Source of the DNA: a virus
Lineage: Duplodnaviria > Caudoviricetes
Reading direction: 5' to 3' (one strand)
Virus record (IMG/VR): IMGVR_UViG_3300021400_000131
Location: 12,648-76,647 of that record
Length of the DNA: 64,000 nt
Positions 1 through 10,373 of this stretch are shown here, one piece after another. Position 1 is the first letter of the stretch. Each line of letters starts with the position of its first letter. A program made the translations under genes and the position numbers. The notes beneath the pieces were generated by a model. It saw nothing but the letters and a program-made list of their open reading frames with translations, searched no databases and was not told where the DNA came from.

Positions 1-1
1 C

Positions 2-724
2 GACATCAATGAAGGTTATCTGCGTCCCATCTCCTTTGATATGGAACACGGGCTTTCTTTCGCACTTTTCGGACAGGTCAGCAATGCTTTCAATGTCTCT
101 TGCTACGGCGCTGATTCTCGTCGCTATGGCCTCAGCGACATACCTACTGTCCTTCTCAGGGTCGATGTATGTTCCTCGGCCATCCCCTATCCCAACACCA
201 CCAGCCTTTTGCACGGCCTTCCTTACGCCGTCCGTTATCTCGCTCTTCATTGACTTCGGGAAATCTTTGCCAAACTTGTGCACTATGTCAGGCACCGACA
301 CGGTTCCGTCTTTGCGCAGCTTGTCTCGCGCAGCGGCCTTGCAGTCATTCATCGCATCATGCATCGCTGCACGTTGACCTGGCACATATATCTTTTGCCT
401 GTAAATGTTGTCAATGGTTTGACCATCAGAGCACATGTCGATGTACTTCATGCGCTCATTGTCATCAATGCTTGCGAGCCATTCTGCCGCAAGCTTGCGG
501 TACTTACCCTTGATAAGCTCAGCGCTGCCGCAGACTTCATAAGCCCTGATGAGTGCATACGCCTCATACTTAGCAAACATAATCGACTTCTCATGAAACA
601 TGTCAGCAGCTCGCAGAGCCTCCTTGATGGTGTCAAGCTTGAAGAGCAACTTTCGTATGTCTTGCTCACTGGTAGCGCAATCAAGCTCATCCATAAAAGC
701 ATCGGCCTTTATGATTTCATTCAT
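2..724 (-). CDS. Hypothetical phage protein, truncated by the window edge
   Basis: Manual translation from ATG at 724 (RBS GAGGAGAGGAGG): MNEIIKADAFMDELDCATSEQ..., open to the window start; absent from the ORF track. Confidence 0.7.
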   Translation of the reverse strand, partial: MNEIIKADAFMDELDCATSEQDIRKLLFKLDTIKEALRAADMFHEKSIMFAKYEAYALIRAYEVCGSAELIKGKYRKLAAEWLASIDDNERMKYIDMCSDGQTIDNIYRQKIYVPGQRAAMHDAMNDCKAAARDKLRKDGTVSVPDIVHKFGKDFPKSMKSEITDGVRKAVQKAGGVGIGDGRGTYIDPEKDSRYVAEAIATRISAVARDIESIADLSEKCERKPVFHIKGDGTQITFIDV

Positions 725-2718
725 ACAGTCCTCCTCTCCTCAGCATCGAGCCTCCTTCCGCACATCGGACACACCTTCGGGTGGAACATCACCGTCGCTG
801 GAAGCGTGTACTTGCCTGCCCTGTCATCGTCAATCAGGACCAGCAACGACCACTCGTTGTCCTCGAAGTCGAACCAGAGGTTGACGCGGCCCTGCGAGTG
901 GTGAACGAGGTCATCGTCATTGGTGAACGCCCACTCACCCACAAGAACGCCGCCCTCAAGCTCGCCACCATTGCGGGCAACGGCAGCGTCTAGGTCACAG
1001 AACTCGCAGCTCACTCTTCGTCCTGCTTCCATGCGTACTCGACGCCAGTGACGGTGTAGGTGGGCTTGCTGTAACAGTTGCCGTCACCACTGTCCTCGAC
1101 GTGCTTCTTCTCGTGGATGATTGCCTTGATTGCGACGCAGCGCCCATAGCACTTCGGGCAAAGGTCAAGCTCACGCTTCTCGTAGCCAAACATGTGCGAC
1201 TCAGTGGTGTGCGTCTCGACCAAAACCTCGTGACGCCAGCGGTTCTCTCCATTGAAGTGCTCGCCAAAGTCTCGCTCCGCGCCGCACATGTCGCACTTGA
1301 CATGAATGATGTTCTGTTGCATCTCTACTCCCAAAGCTTGATTGACAGCGTTCCGTCATCGAGGTCGATGCCGTGCTCCTTGAGCTTCTCCAACTGCTCC
1401 TGCATCTGCTCGTGCTCGTCGATGATGCGTGCAAGCTCATGCACGTCACCATCCCAGAAGCACTCGCCTTCCAGCTTCAACTCCAAGTTTCCGTTGACTT
1501 GCAGGTAGGCGCTGACCGAGTGGATGTTGCCAGTCTTTTTCAGGTAGTTGCAACCGCTACTCTCAGCACGCTCATACACGTGGCCGTACATCCAGAGGTA
1601 GTCGCCATCTCCGTCCTCGACCTCGTGATCGTCAATCTTGGACGTGTCCCAGCGCGTGCGGTAGTACTTGCCCCACTCGTCTAGCGTCATGTCCCAGAAG
1701 GGCGACTCTCGGAACTCATCGAAGGTGTACTCCTTAGACCATTCGCAACCACTCCGAATGGAGCGCCATCCGTTCTCGTGAATCTCGGTTATGACATCAT
1801 CCTGAACGACAACGGTAACGGTGTCGGAATAGGTGCTAGGGATGACCCTAAGCATCCTTGCTGATACCTCGCCAACCTCCTTTCCACCCATGTTGCGGTA
1901 CTCGATATTGCCGTCTGACTTGCCGCAGGTGTCGTAGGCGAGCTTGAGGTCACGAACGTTCTTTGGGTCTGGCTTGGGCTTTGGCTTCGTGGTATTCGGA
2001 AACATCCCTAGTCACCGTCCCATACGCCATCGGGACGCATCCTCGCAAACGCGAGGAGCTGCATCAACGGTCGCTTTGCGTTGCCCTCGGTCGCATCCCA
2101 ATAGTCATCGCTCGTCTCGTCACCAAGGGCGGCAATGGCCTTCTCAAGTACGGGGATGGACTCTGCGCCGGACATGCCATAGATTGTGCGGATGCCATTC
2201 TCGCCCAGCACGTCATCGCGTCGATAGAACTTGCCGTAGTTGTAGGTGACGTTGAGCCAGCATTCCGTGGTACCGCCGACTGCATAGGTGCCGCCGCGCA
2301 TGAAGTGCGACTCATTAAGCTCTATCGGCGTGTTGTCAATGTGGTCGTTGAGGTAGATGTCGTAGCTCACTCGGCATCACGCTCCTCGCGCAGCTCGTCA
2401 AGCACCTCGCGCCACTTCTTCTTGCGACTACCACGCATCGCCATGAGCAGCGCGGCCTCGTCAACGACCTCCTGTGCGTGACGCTCCATCCACTTGTCCA
2501 TGTAGTCGCTGACGTACTTGTGCCAGTTGACCTTCGGCTTGCCATACTTGTCGTTGCCGTATGGGCCGTATCCGTAGTCTCGCGGCAGCGCCTCGGCGAT
2601 GCCCTGCCTGACCACGGAATCGACAACCTTGGCTACCTCGTCGCGCCCAAGCTCGGCGATCTGCCTTTCGATGGGCGACGTGTCGAAGCAGAACGGAATC
2701 GTTACGTCGTGAATCATG
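721..2718 (-). other. Run of five small hypothetical early genes (721-1014, 1011-1322, 1325-2005, 2008-2370, 2367-2718)
   Basis: Abutting or overlapping co-oriented ORFs with RBSs; CxxC motifs in the first two. Confidence 0.7.
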
Positions 2719-2725
2719 TCCCCTC

Positions 2726-3022
2726 CTAAAAAGAAAGGGCCGTCTGGCCCTCTTCCTTCTTCTTCCTTCTTGTTTCCGCATGGTGCTTGGCGTCGTATTT
2801 GAGGTGGCATCGAGCGCATCCGGCCATAAGGTTCTCTGGTCTGCAATCCTCTGGCGTGTGATTCAGGTGCATCACCGTGAGGATGCGTCCGTGGTCCTCG
2901 ACCTTCTCGCCAGGTCGATAGCACTGAATGCCACATATCTGGCACTTCCAGTCTGCGGCATCCTTCACCCTGAACGCTATTTCGTTCCAGTTCTTCGGGT
3001 AGCGCTTCCTATCCATCGGCAT
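2726..3022 (-). CDS. HNH endonuclease family protein
   Basis: CQICG...LTVMHLNHTPEDCRPENLMAGCARCH HNH/Zn motif. Confidence 0.8.
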   Translation of the reverse strand: MPMDRKRYPKNWNEIAFRVKDAADWKCQICGIQCYRPGEKVEDHGRILTVMHLNHTPEDCRPENLMAGCARCHLKYDAKHHAETRRKKKEEGQTALSF

Positions 3023-3437
3023 CGGCGTCATCCTCCAACATGCAAATGAGGTCATCAGCGAGGTTGGCTAGGTTGCTCTTGGCATTCAGCAGCTCTTGCT
3101 TGACCTTGCCATCGGTGAACGCCGCCAGAACCTCTAGCTTTCCCTCAATCCAGCCGACCGTGAGAACCATGTCTGGGATGCCGCGCTTGTCGTTAATCAT
3201 TGTCACTCCCCTAGAACGGCAAGTTTTCGGGTAGCAGCTTCTCACCACAGAACGGGCAGTAGCTAATCGTGGTGATGCTCATGCCCACGTAGCATGACGG
3301 GTCGCCATCCCAGTCCGGCTGGAAGTCAATCAGCGTCCATTTGCCGACGCGCTCGTAATTGCGGATGGACATGTATGCCTTCAGCGAACCCTCGCAACGG
3401 TGCGTGATGTAGTTGCCGCGCCAATCATTGCCAGCCA

Positions 3438-3635
3438 TCAGCCGACCCTCCTGTTCCATACGGCAACGACGTTGCGTTCGCCATACTCGTACACGTGGTA
3501 GTCGGTCTTGACGTGGCACTTGGAGCACTCGACCTTGCTATGGCTCGGCTCGTCGCTGATATAGAGGTGCTTAATGCGTGCCTTGCCACCACAGAACGGG
3601 CAGGGAAGCAACACCTTGCTCTCAGTCACAGCCAT
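3438..3635 (-). CDS. Lar-family restriction alleviation protein
   Basis: LLPCPFCGG...VECSKC...AVWNRR pattern typical of the Lar family. Confidence 0.75.
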   Translation of the reverse strand: MAVTESKVLLPCPFCGGKARIKHLYISDEPSHSKVECSKCHVKTDYHVYEYGERNVVAVWNRRVG

Positions 3636-4087
3636 GCCCTGACCACCACCCACCTGCTCCAAGGCAGCGACTCCGTGATTGCACGTGCGATGGTGTCGGC
3701 GAAGTCTCCCATGTCAACCTCGACGCCACAGAAGTCGGAAAGCACGTCGCTTGGGATGTCGTTGAGTCCCAACTTGCCACTCATGCCATGTTCGACCGCA
3801 CAATCCCACCACGACTCGAACAGGGCCTCGGACACCTCGCACACAACCTCGTCCTCGTCGTTGTAAATCTTGTCGAACTGAACCATGCCATCGCAGAACT
3901 CGCCGAACAGCAGCCAATCGACGCTGGCCTCAACGCCCTCGTGGTAGTACCAAGAGTAATCGTCTGGCCCGTTCTCGGTAATCATGATGACGGGCAGATC
4001 GGGGTTCTGCTCAAGCACATTGCGCACTTGTTCGGCGTTCTTGCGGCCAAGCTCAATCGTTCGCTTTATACTCCTTGCCATCACCAA
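3626..4087 (-). CDS. Hypothetical acidic phage protein
   Basis: 153-aa ORF in operon context. Confidence 0.6.
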   Translation of the reverse strand: MVMARSIKRTIELGRKNAEQVRNVLEQNPDLPVIMITENGPDDYSWYYHEGVEASVDWLLFGEFCDGMVQFDKIYNDEDEVVCEVSEALFESWWDCAVEHGMSGKLGLNDIPSDVLSDFCGVEVDMGDFADTIARAITESLPWSRWVVVRAWL

Positions 4088-4306
4088 TCACCCCTCGAAC
4101 AGCTCCTCATACGTGCAGCCAAGCACCGACTTCAAACGGCGAAGCATGATGTACGACGGCTCTGACTTCGCATTGGCCCAGCGATACACCGTCTGTGACC
4201 TGTCAAGGCCCAAAAGCCGAGAGAGCGTGGACTGGTTAAGCCCGCGCTCCTTCATCAGCCGTGACAGCCGCGTGGCGAACGCGCCAACAGGCTCGTCCTG
4301 CGTCAC
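4088..4306 (-). CDS. XRE-family HTH protein
   Basis: LMKERGLNQSTLSRLLGLDRSQTVYRWANAKSEP HTH_3 pattern. Confidence 0.85.
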   Translation of the reverse strand: MTQDEPVGAFATRLSRLMKERGLNQSTLSRLLGLDRSQTVYRWANAKSEPSYIMLRRLKSVLGCTYEELFEG

Positions 4307-4813
4307 GCTTGGTCACCGCCAGCATCTTCGAGAACCTTGCGCAAGCCCTCAGCGTAGTCGCTCAGCGACGTCATCGCGCCAGCCGTGTCGAGCTTCCCGT
4401 CGAACGCCGACGATGCGGCGTCAGCAAGGTTGCGAACGCCGTCCCAGTAGGCGAGCGTTGCGATGTTGATTACGGGGTCATCGTCAGGGTCGATTGCCTT
4501 CCTGCCCTCGGCTGCGAGCACCTGTGCCGCGATGATTACGGCAAGGGAGTCGCTTGCGCTCATTCGATCACCCCGCAGAGCCTCAGCGCCTCCTCGGCGG
4601 TTTCCACCCACGCCTTGCGGGTGTAGCGGACGCACATCTTGCCGTCATACGTCTGGCTCGGGAAGGCCCAGCAGTCGCCATCGAGGTTGCGGAAGTTCAC
4701 GATGGGCGTGCCCTCTCCGCGCTGCTCCCACTCGATGCCAGCCTTGTCCAGCATCTCCTTTAGCTTCTCCATCTCGGCATCGCCGAGCTTGCGGGCGTTA
4801 ACGTCCACCACCA

Positions 4814-5527
4814 TCACAGCTCACCCCTGTCAAGAAGCTCGCGCAGCAGGGAGCGCGTGCGCTCGTGCCGCTCGTCCGGGCTTCCGTCATTGACCAGCGG
4901 AAGCGGCTCCTGCGGCAGCTCATCGCCCTCGCCCTCTCCGCCATGCATCTCGTGGCAGACGATGGCGTCCATCGTGTCGCCGCAGTCGAGCGCGTCTGCG
5001 GTGGCGTTGAGCGCGTCTGCCAGCACGCGGCACTCGTCCGCGTCGGCTACGCTGTCAGCGAGGTACGCGATCACATCGTCCCACGCCTCGGTGCGGACGC
5101 GGTTGCGCCCGACCTTGCGCAGGGCGCACGTCATGACGCCGCGCATCGGCTCGTACTCGTCGCAGCCCGCCGCCTTGGAGACGGTCTTGGAATTATCCGA
5201 CCACAGAACGATTGTCGCAGGGTCGTTTAGAATCACACGCTCGGGCTTAGGTGCATCGCATCCCATATCGACACCAAGCCTCTTTGCCGCCAGCTTGAAC
5301 GCGCTGCCAAGGTATTCCGGGTCGAACCCGCCGACTCCGCAGAGGTGAATAGTAACGTCTGTGTTCCCGATAGTCGGGAAGAGCGCAGTGCCGTCAGTGA
5401 AGGTGGAGCCAATGCTATAGTCACATTCGATATTCACGGAAAATGGCCTCTGATACTCGCCAATAAGAATCTTCTTGTCCTTCGTCAATTCAGTTCCTCC
5501 ATTCCCCACGCCGGAGCGCCAAAGCAC
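4814..5527 (-). CDS. Conserved phage hypothetical protein
   Basis: ILNDPATIVLWSDNSKTVSK motif common in gut phages. Confidence 0.55.
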   Translation of the reverse strand: MLWRSGVGNGGTELTKDKKILIGEYQRPFSVNIECDYSIGSTFTDGTALFPTIGNTDVTIHLCGVGGFDPEYLGSAFKLAAKRLGVDMGCDAPKPERVILNDPATIVLWSDNSKTVSKAAGCDEYEPMRGVMTCALRKVGRNRVRTEAWDDVIAYLADSVADADECRVLADALNATADALDCGDTMDAIVCHEMHGGEGEGDELPQEPLPLVNDGSPDERHERTRSLLRELLDRGEL

Positions 5528-5949
5528 AGCCAGCAGAAGTCAAGCAGGGTCATGCACAGCCAGTCGTGCTCGTCGCTGGCATGGAGTGGCAGCTTCTCGG
5601 TGACTGCATTGAGCGCGAGCCACGTGCCGCCCTGCATCCACACCTCGGACCGCATGACGTTCTGGTTGTAGTGGTTCACGACGAGGATGCCGCAGTCAGC
5701 GCCCGAGTTCCCTGTCTCCTTGACGGTCTGCTCTCGGAAGTCGAGCATCTTTTTTTCGTTCGGGTACGACTTGTTCCACTTGGCCTCGACGCAGATAGTC
5801 AGGTCATCGACGCTCAGGCGGATGTCACCGTGGTCCTTATCGCCGTGGAGCACGACGCGCTCGCAGCACTTGATACCGTTCCAGTCGTTGAACACGTCAA
5901 CCAGCGCAGTCTCGTACCTGGTCCCCTTAACCTTGGACGGGTTTGCCAT
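5485..5949 (-). CDS. Holliday junction resolvase (PD-(D/E)xK, actinophage type)
   Basis: MANPSKVKGTRYE...HGDKDHGDI...CVEAK motif. Confidence 0.8.
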   Translation of the reverse strand: MANPSKVKGTRYETALVDVFNDWNGIKCCERVVLHGDKDHGDIRLSVDDLTICVEAKWNKSYPNEKKMLDFREQTVKETGNSGADCGILVVNHYNQNVMRSEVWMQGGTWLALNAVTEKLPLHASDEHDWLCMTLLDFCWLCFGAPAWGMEELN

Positions 5950-6284
5950 TAGCGGTCCGTCCTCTTGAGGTAGAGGTGCTTGTCGCGCATGTACACCTTG
6001 ACTGGAAGCTTCGCTGCCACAATTGCGTGGCGCAGCGCGTTGTAGGCGCTTGCCAACTTCTGGCTGAAGTCGGTGACTTCGGCGCACTCTATGCTGCTCT
6101 CATAGAACTCGGTTATGATGTCTTTCCAACAGCTGCGTGAGCCGACTGTGGAAGGCTTTGCCTCAACCAGCTTCATTTGATACCTCGATTCCGTTAAGCT
6201 CTGCCCATGCCCTCTGCCATGCAAGCTCGCTCTGGTACTCGATGGTCCCGCACAGCCCGATGAGTGCGAGCATGAGCACGATGA

Positions 6285-6593
6285 TTACTCCAAGGATGAT
6301 TCGGTCCGTGCGGCTGAGGCCCGAAGCTTCTCCTGCCACGTAACCCAATCGCTCTCCCTGATGCGGCGGTATCGCTCCCCGCCGTTGGGCGCGGTGGCTA
6401 TCAGCTCTCCGCGTCGGATGGCGGCGTTGATGGTTGACTTGGGCCACCCGGTCATCTTGACTAGCTCGGCCACGGTGTAGCTGCGTTCGAGGCAGGTGAT
6501 GCTCGCGTACAGCTCGCGTGCAACGTCCGTCCTCGTGTACGACACGCCGTTGACCGTGATGATCTCGGGATGCCACACGTCCTTCTCTTCCAT
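6285..6593 (-). CDS. Excisionase-like HTH (HTH_17/MerR-like) protein
   Basis: YTVAELVKMTGWPKSTINAAIRRGELIA...YRRIRESD; lies downstream of cro. Confidence 0.7.
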   Translation of the reverse strand: MEEKDVWHPEIITVNGVSYTRTDVARELYASITCLERSYTVAELVKMTGWPKSTINAAIRRGELIATAPNGGERYRRIRESDWVTWQEKLRASAARTESSLE

Positions 6594-7166
6594 GCATGTT
6601 CACCCCTCCCGTGTTGTAAGATGGGTGCCGTCTCGGCCTGCACAAGTTGAGACGGCACCAAGTTGAGGCTCCTCACCAGTTGCCGCTGATGGGGGGCCGT
6701 GGTTTTTGTTGCTGTTAGTCTTTTCCTGCCAATGCTCTGAACCCTTGAGGGGTCAGCCGCGCCAGTACCCAAGTCGGACGCAGCCCCCTTGCTGGTTACT
6801 AACCCTTAGCATGGCAGCTTCGGTAGTGCTCTTTGCTTGTGACCATCGCAAGGAAGTCAATCCGTCGAGCGCACGCGCTAACACATGCGTGCGTCCAAGC
6901 CTCTGCTTTACGGCTGCAATAGGGTTATGCCTTGTGTGCAGTCAACCTCAGACACGGGAAGCGTCGGGCATTGCGTGGTGCTGGACTAGGCCCAGCGGTG
7001 AATCGGCTCCGGCAGGTTGCCGTATGCAGGACTAAACCGAAAGGAGGGATTTAGGTGATTTGCAACCTTTCGACGGCACATCCGAAGTGTGGGACGGGGA
7101 AGGCCGAAGTGAGCCGACTCATCGACGGGTCTAGGTGTCCCTCCCCGCGAAGGGGAGGGGTTGATG

Positions 7167-7391
7167 CTAGTCGGATGGGGTTACGTCAAGCAGCTCGCTG
7201 ACCGAGCAGTTGAAGAGTTTCGACATCTCAACCGCATCGAAGATGCTGAAGTCCGTCTTGCCGCTGAGCTTCACGTAGAAGGTCGACCTGCTCATGCCGA
7301 TGCTCTCGGCAACAGCCTCTTTCTTGACGTTGTTCCTCTGGCAGTAGTCATCAACCCAAGCGTTGATGTTATTGACCATCTGTTCTCTCAT
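7167..7391 (-). CDS. Cro-like HTH regulator
   Basis: KEAVAESIGMSRSTFYVKLSGKTDFS; divergent from the repressor. Confidence 0.85.
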   Translation of the reverse strand: MREQMVNNINAWVDDYCQRNNVKKEAVAESIGMSRSTFYVKLSGKTDFSIFDAVEMSKLFNCSVSELLDVTPSD

Positions 7392-7410
7392 CGTCGTACC
7401 TCTCCAAATA

Positions 7411-7504
7411 GTACCGATTTCAGGACTCGGCGAATTAGATTATTGCGTACTGAGTTCGGTGCTGCAATACTTGTTCCAGCAGTTTTTGTATTGATTTCTG
7501 GACT
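7411..7504. promoter_or_regulatory. Three related operator half-palindromes of the lysis/lysogeny switch
   Basis: GTACCGATTTCAGGACT (7411), GTACTGAGTTCGGTGCT (7447), GTATTGATTTCTGGACT (7488) between divergent HTH genes. Confidence 0.65.
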
Positions 7505-7519
7505 GGGCGGAGGTAGATC

Positions 7520-7771
7520 ATGGAGTATTCGGACATACTGCGTTACTACCTCAAGAAGTGCAACATCACACAAGCTGAACTCGCTAGGAGAATTGGCGGT
7601 ACGTCTAGGTCGACCATTGGCGAGCTGATGAGCGGGAGGTCCAAGACGCCATCAGTCTATAAGGCGAAAGCCATTGCCGAGGCTCTTGGCGTGTCGCTTG
7701 ACGAGATGATAGACATGCTCGTGCATGACACTGTTCCAGATGTGGAGCCGAAGCGCTCGGACAAAGAATAA
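7520..7771 (+). CDS. CI-like repressor (XRE HTH only, no S24 peptidase domain)
   Basis: ITQAELARRIGGTSRSTIGELMSGRSKTP; located upstream of the integrase. Confidence 0.8.
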   Translation: MEYSDILRYYLKKCNITQAELARRIGGTSRSTIGELMSGRSKTPSVYKAKAIAEALGVSLDEMIDMLVHDTVPDVEPKRSDKE

Positions 7772-7903
7772 TTCAAATGAAAGTAAAAACGCATCAAACC
7801 CCCGTGGACAGACGAGGGCTTGAAGGGGGCTACACCACCACTTACACGAAAGGCGGGTGGCAAGCTACGGCACGCACGAAGCGCACTGAGGAGATGTTAG
7901 CAC

Positions 7904-9064
7904 ATGGCTAAGAAGCGACTGAGGGACGAGTGGGGTTCGATCACCGAGGTTGACCGCAACGAGAGGTACCGCATCCGCTATTGGGGCAAGGATGAGAGCG
8001 GCACCTATCGACGCATGACCTGCACTGTCCGTGGTACGCGACGGAACGCGGAACGCAAGCGGGCTGAACTGATGCTCGAACACAGCGAGGAAGCGCAATG
8101 CGTCACCGTCGATTACGTCTGGAAGCACTGGTACCTTCCGACTCTTGAGCGGCGCTGCAAAGACGGCGAGATGTCCGACAAGACCGTGAGCCAGTACAAG
8201 AGCCGCTACGGCTCCGCAATATCCGAGAGGTGGGGGCAGGTGCCGTGTGACGGAATCAGGCCACTTGACGTGCAGCAGTGGCTCGACGGCATCAGCTACA
8301 CCAAGGCGAGCCAGTCGCTCAACATGCTCAGGCCAATGCTCGACTACGCCGTTAGATATGGCGAGATACCTTCCAACCCGTTCAGGGAGCGCTATCTGCT
8401 TCCGTCGAAGTCAACGGTCAAGCGCATGGACGATGGCGTATGGAAGCTCGGCGAGCTGAACCAAGTGTGGGAGCATGTGCGCGGAGAGTGGTTCGAGGGT
8501 GCCTTCATATGTGCGGCGTTTGGCGGGTGCCGTGTGGGCGAGTCGATTGGCGTCCAGGTAGGCGACATAAATCGCCTTGACGTTGACGGCCTATGTGTTG
8601 CGGTTGTCAGGGTCGAGCGTCAGGTGAAGAACGCTGGTGGCGTTTCCGAACAGTTGAAGAACCCGCAAAGCAGGAGGCCAATCGTCATTGTCGGCAAGCC
8701 AGCGGAGCGCCTGTGCGAGATTGCCGAAAGCGCATCGATCTGGGTTACTGGCGACGGCTTCGGTGGGCCAACGACACAGTTGAGGCTTGGAACATCATGG
8801 AAGCAGATGGCAGACCGATTGCCAGATGGGATGTGGCACCCGTTCAGGAACCTCAGAAACAGCTACCAGACGTTCATGCGCTGGGAGGTTGGACTTGCCC
8901 CGTACTACATCGAGGAGCTGCTTGGTCACAAGGGAACGACGGTCACCGACAAGCACTATGACAGGCCGGACGAGAGCGCCATCGTTGGCGTCACCGTGGC
9001 GGCATGGGAGGCGTACCTAAAGGCTTTGCGGGCGCACGGAAAAGCACCCTTCGATGCACGTTAA
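7904..9064 (+). CDS. int: Tyrosine integrase
   Basis: Catalytic motifs GCRVGE, HPFRNLRNSY, LLGH, TDKHY; 386 aa. Confidence 0.93.
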   Translation: MAKKRLRDEWGSITEVDRNERYRIRYWGKDESGTYRRMTCTVRGTRRNAERKRAELMLEHSEEAQCVTVDYVWKHWYLPTLERRCKDGEMSDKTVSQYKSRYGSAISERWGQVPCDGIRPLDVQQWLDGISYTKASQSLNMLRPMLDYAVRYGEIPSNPFRERYLLPSKSTVKRMDDGVWKLGELNQVWEHVRGEWFEGAFICAAFGGCRVGESIGVQVGDINRLDVDGLCVAVVRVERQVKNAGGVSEQLKNPQSRRPIVIVGKPAERLCEIAESASIWVTGDGFGGPTTQLRLGTSWKQMADRLPDGMWHPFRNLRNSYQTFMRWEVGLAPYYIEELLGHKGTTVTDKHYDRPDESAIVGVTVAAWEAYLKALRAHGKAPFDAR

Positions 9065-9069
9065 CGCTC

Positions 9070-9265
9070 GTCTGGGATATTTTGGGATACGACAACCTTA
9101 TACAGCTATCATGACCTGCTGTTCTTTTGTAACTAAGTACACGTTCCCGAACTATCAGATATGGTCTGCAAGAACAGCTTAGTCAATCTACGAGCAGTTA
9201 TTCATCGTATAAGGTTGCTGTGGATGCCATGAATCAAGAAATAGGGATACGATAGGGATACGGCA
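9070..9265. other. attP-like region
   Basis: AT-rich non-coding stretch 3' of int with paired GGGATA direct repeats at 9074/9084 and 9244/9255 (arm-type sites); core not identified. Confidence 0.55.
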
Positions 9266-9578
9266 TTTGTTTAATGTTTTATGTATGTTCACAGGTGCCG
9301 CACAACTCGTCGCAATAAAAAAGCAAGCACCCCCACCACGTCTGGCAGGGGTGCCACTAGTGGGCGCGTCTATAGCCACGCCCGTGTGACTGTTTCAGTC
9401 GGGCCGTCACCGCCGCTCTACTTTTCTGGGCAAAGTAGCCAAGCCCGCCATTTTCCGTATGGGGATGGCTCCCCTGGCAACGCGGCTCTCCGTGTGGGAG
9501 CTACCCGAACGGACTGCCACGCTAGGCAACGCTGCATGCGTGCGCCGCCATCACTGATGCCATTGTACCACCGAACGC

Positions 9579-9611
9579 AAAAATCCCCCGCCCCCATTGC
9601 GGGGACGGGGC
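9579..9611 (-). terminator. Intrinsic terminator ending the late operon
   Basis: Minus strand CCCCGUCCCC-GCAAU-GGGGGCGGGG followed by a U-run. Confidence 0.75.
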
Positions 9612-9624
9612 AGCTTGCCGCAGC

Positions 9625-10262
9625 CTACGACACGAAAGTAATGCCAACCAAAGCAAAGGGGGCGCCAGTTTCATCCGGTGACGGAATCTCGCTTGGCGTC
9701 GGAATCGTGAACCCCATCCAATGCTTGTTCTCGCCGACGTAGTACTGCACGCCATCGACTCCCCTGTACAGGCGAAGAGGGTAGTCTCCTGACCACAAGG
9801 AGGACTTGAAGCCTACCATCAACGACGCGCCCTCTTGCTGTAGGCTGGAATTGGACGAGTCGAGGCCAATGACCATATAAAGCCCAGCGCGGAGCTGGGG
9901 ACCAGGACTTGGGCTGCCGTCCACCCTGAGCAGTGGCGCAGTGGAGAGGGTTTCTGCGCTGTCATAGTCGCTGTCGAGCGTGATGGGGCTGTCGTAGATG
10001 CGCCACGTGTCCATTGGTATGGTGCCAGACCCGGTGACGATGAAAGCTACGCTCTCGTTCGGAAGGTCGCTACCGCCACCCCCACCACCCCGCCGATGTT
10101 CGGTGCGAGGTTCCTAATGGCCTCGGCGATGGTCCCACCATGAGCCTCGCCACCAAGGGCTACGGTCACGGCATCCACCGCCTCGGCAATGGTCTTTGGA
10201 GCGTCACCGTCATAGCCATTTGCCTCGGCAATGGCGGCAAGCTCTTTCTTCTTCGTAGCCAT
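9625..10262 (-). CDS. Array paralog 4 (anchor + Gly linker + variable domain), split by a -1 frameshift
   Basis: MATKKKELAAIAEANGYDGDAP... (10047-10262) joins ORF 9625-10014 through GGGGGGSDLPNESVAFIV if one base is added near 10084-10094. Confidence 0.7.
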
Positions 10263-10373
10263 GTGCTACCTACTTTCCGTTTCGCGTTGGTGCGGTGTGG
10301 CGTGGTGGCAGGATGCTGCGTACTACTTTCGTAACGTTTATCCTGCCATCTCCTGTTGTGTTTAGATCACCTG

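Noticed and set aside
381-397. Additional NrdR-like sites (381-397, 27208-27223, 37558-37573)
   Set aside because: Key positions mismatch, no partner at helical spacing, and mostly within coding sequence.
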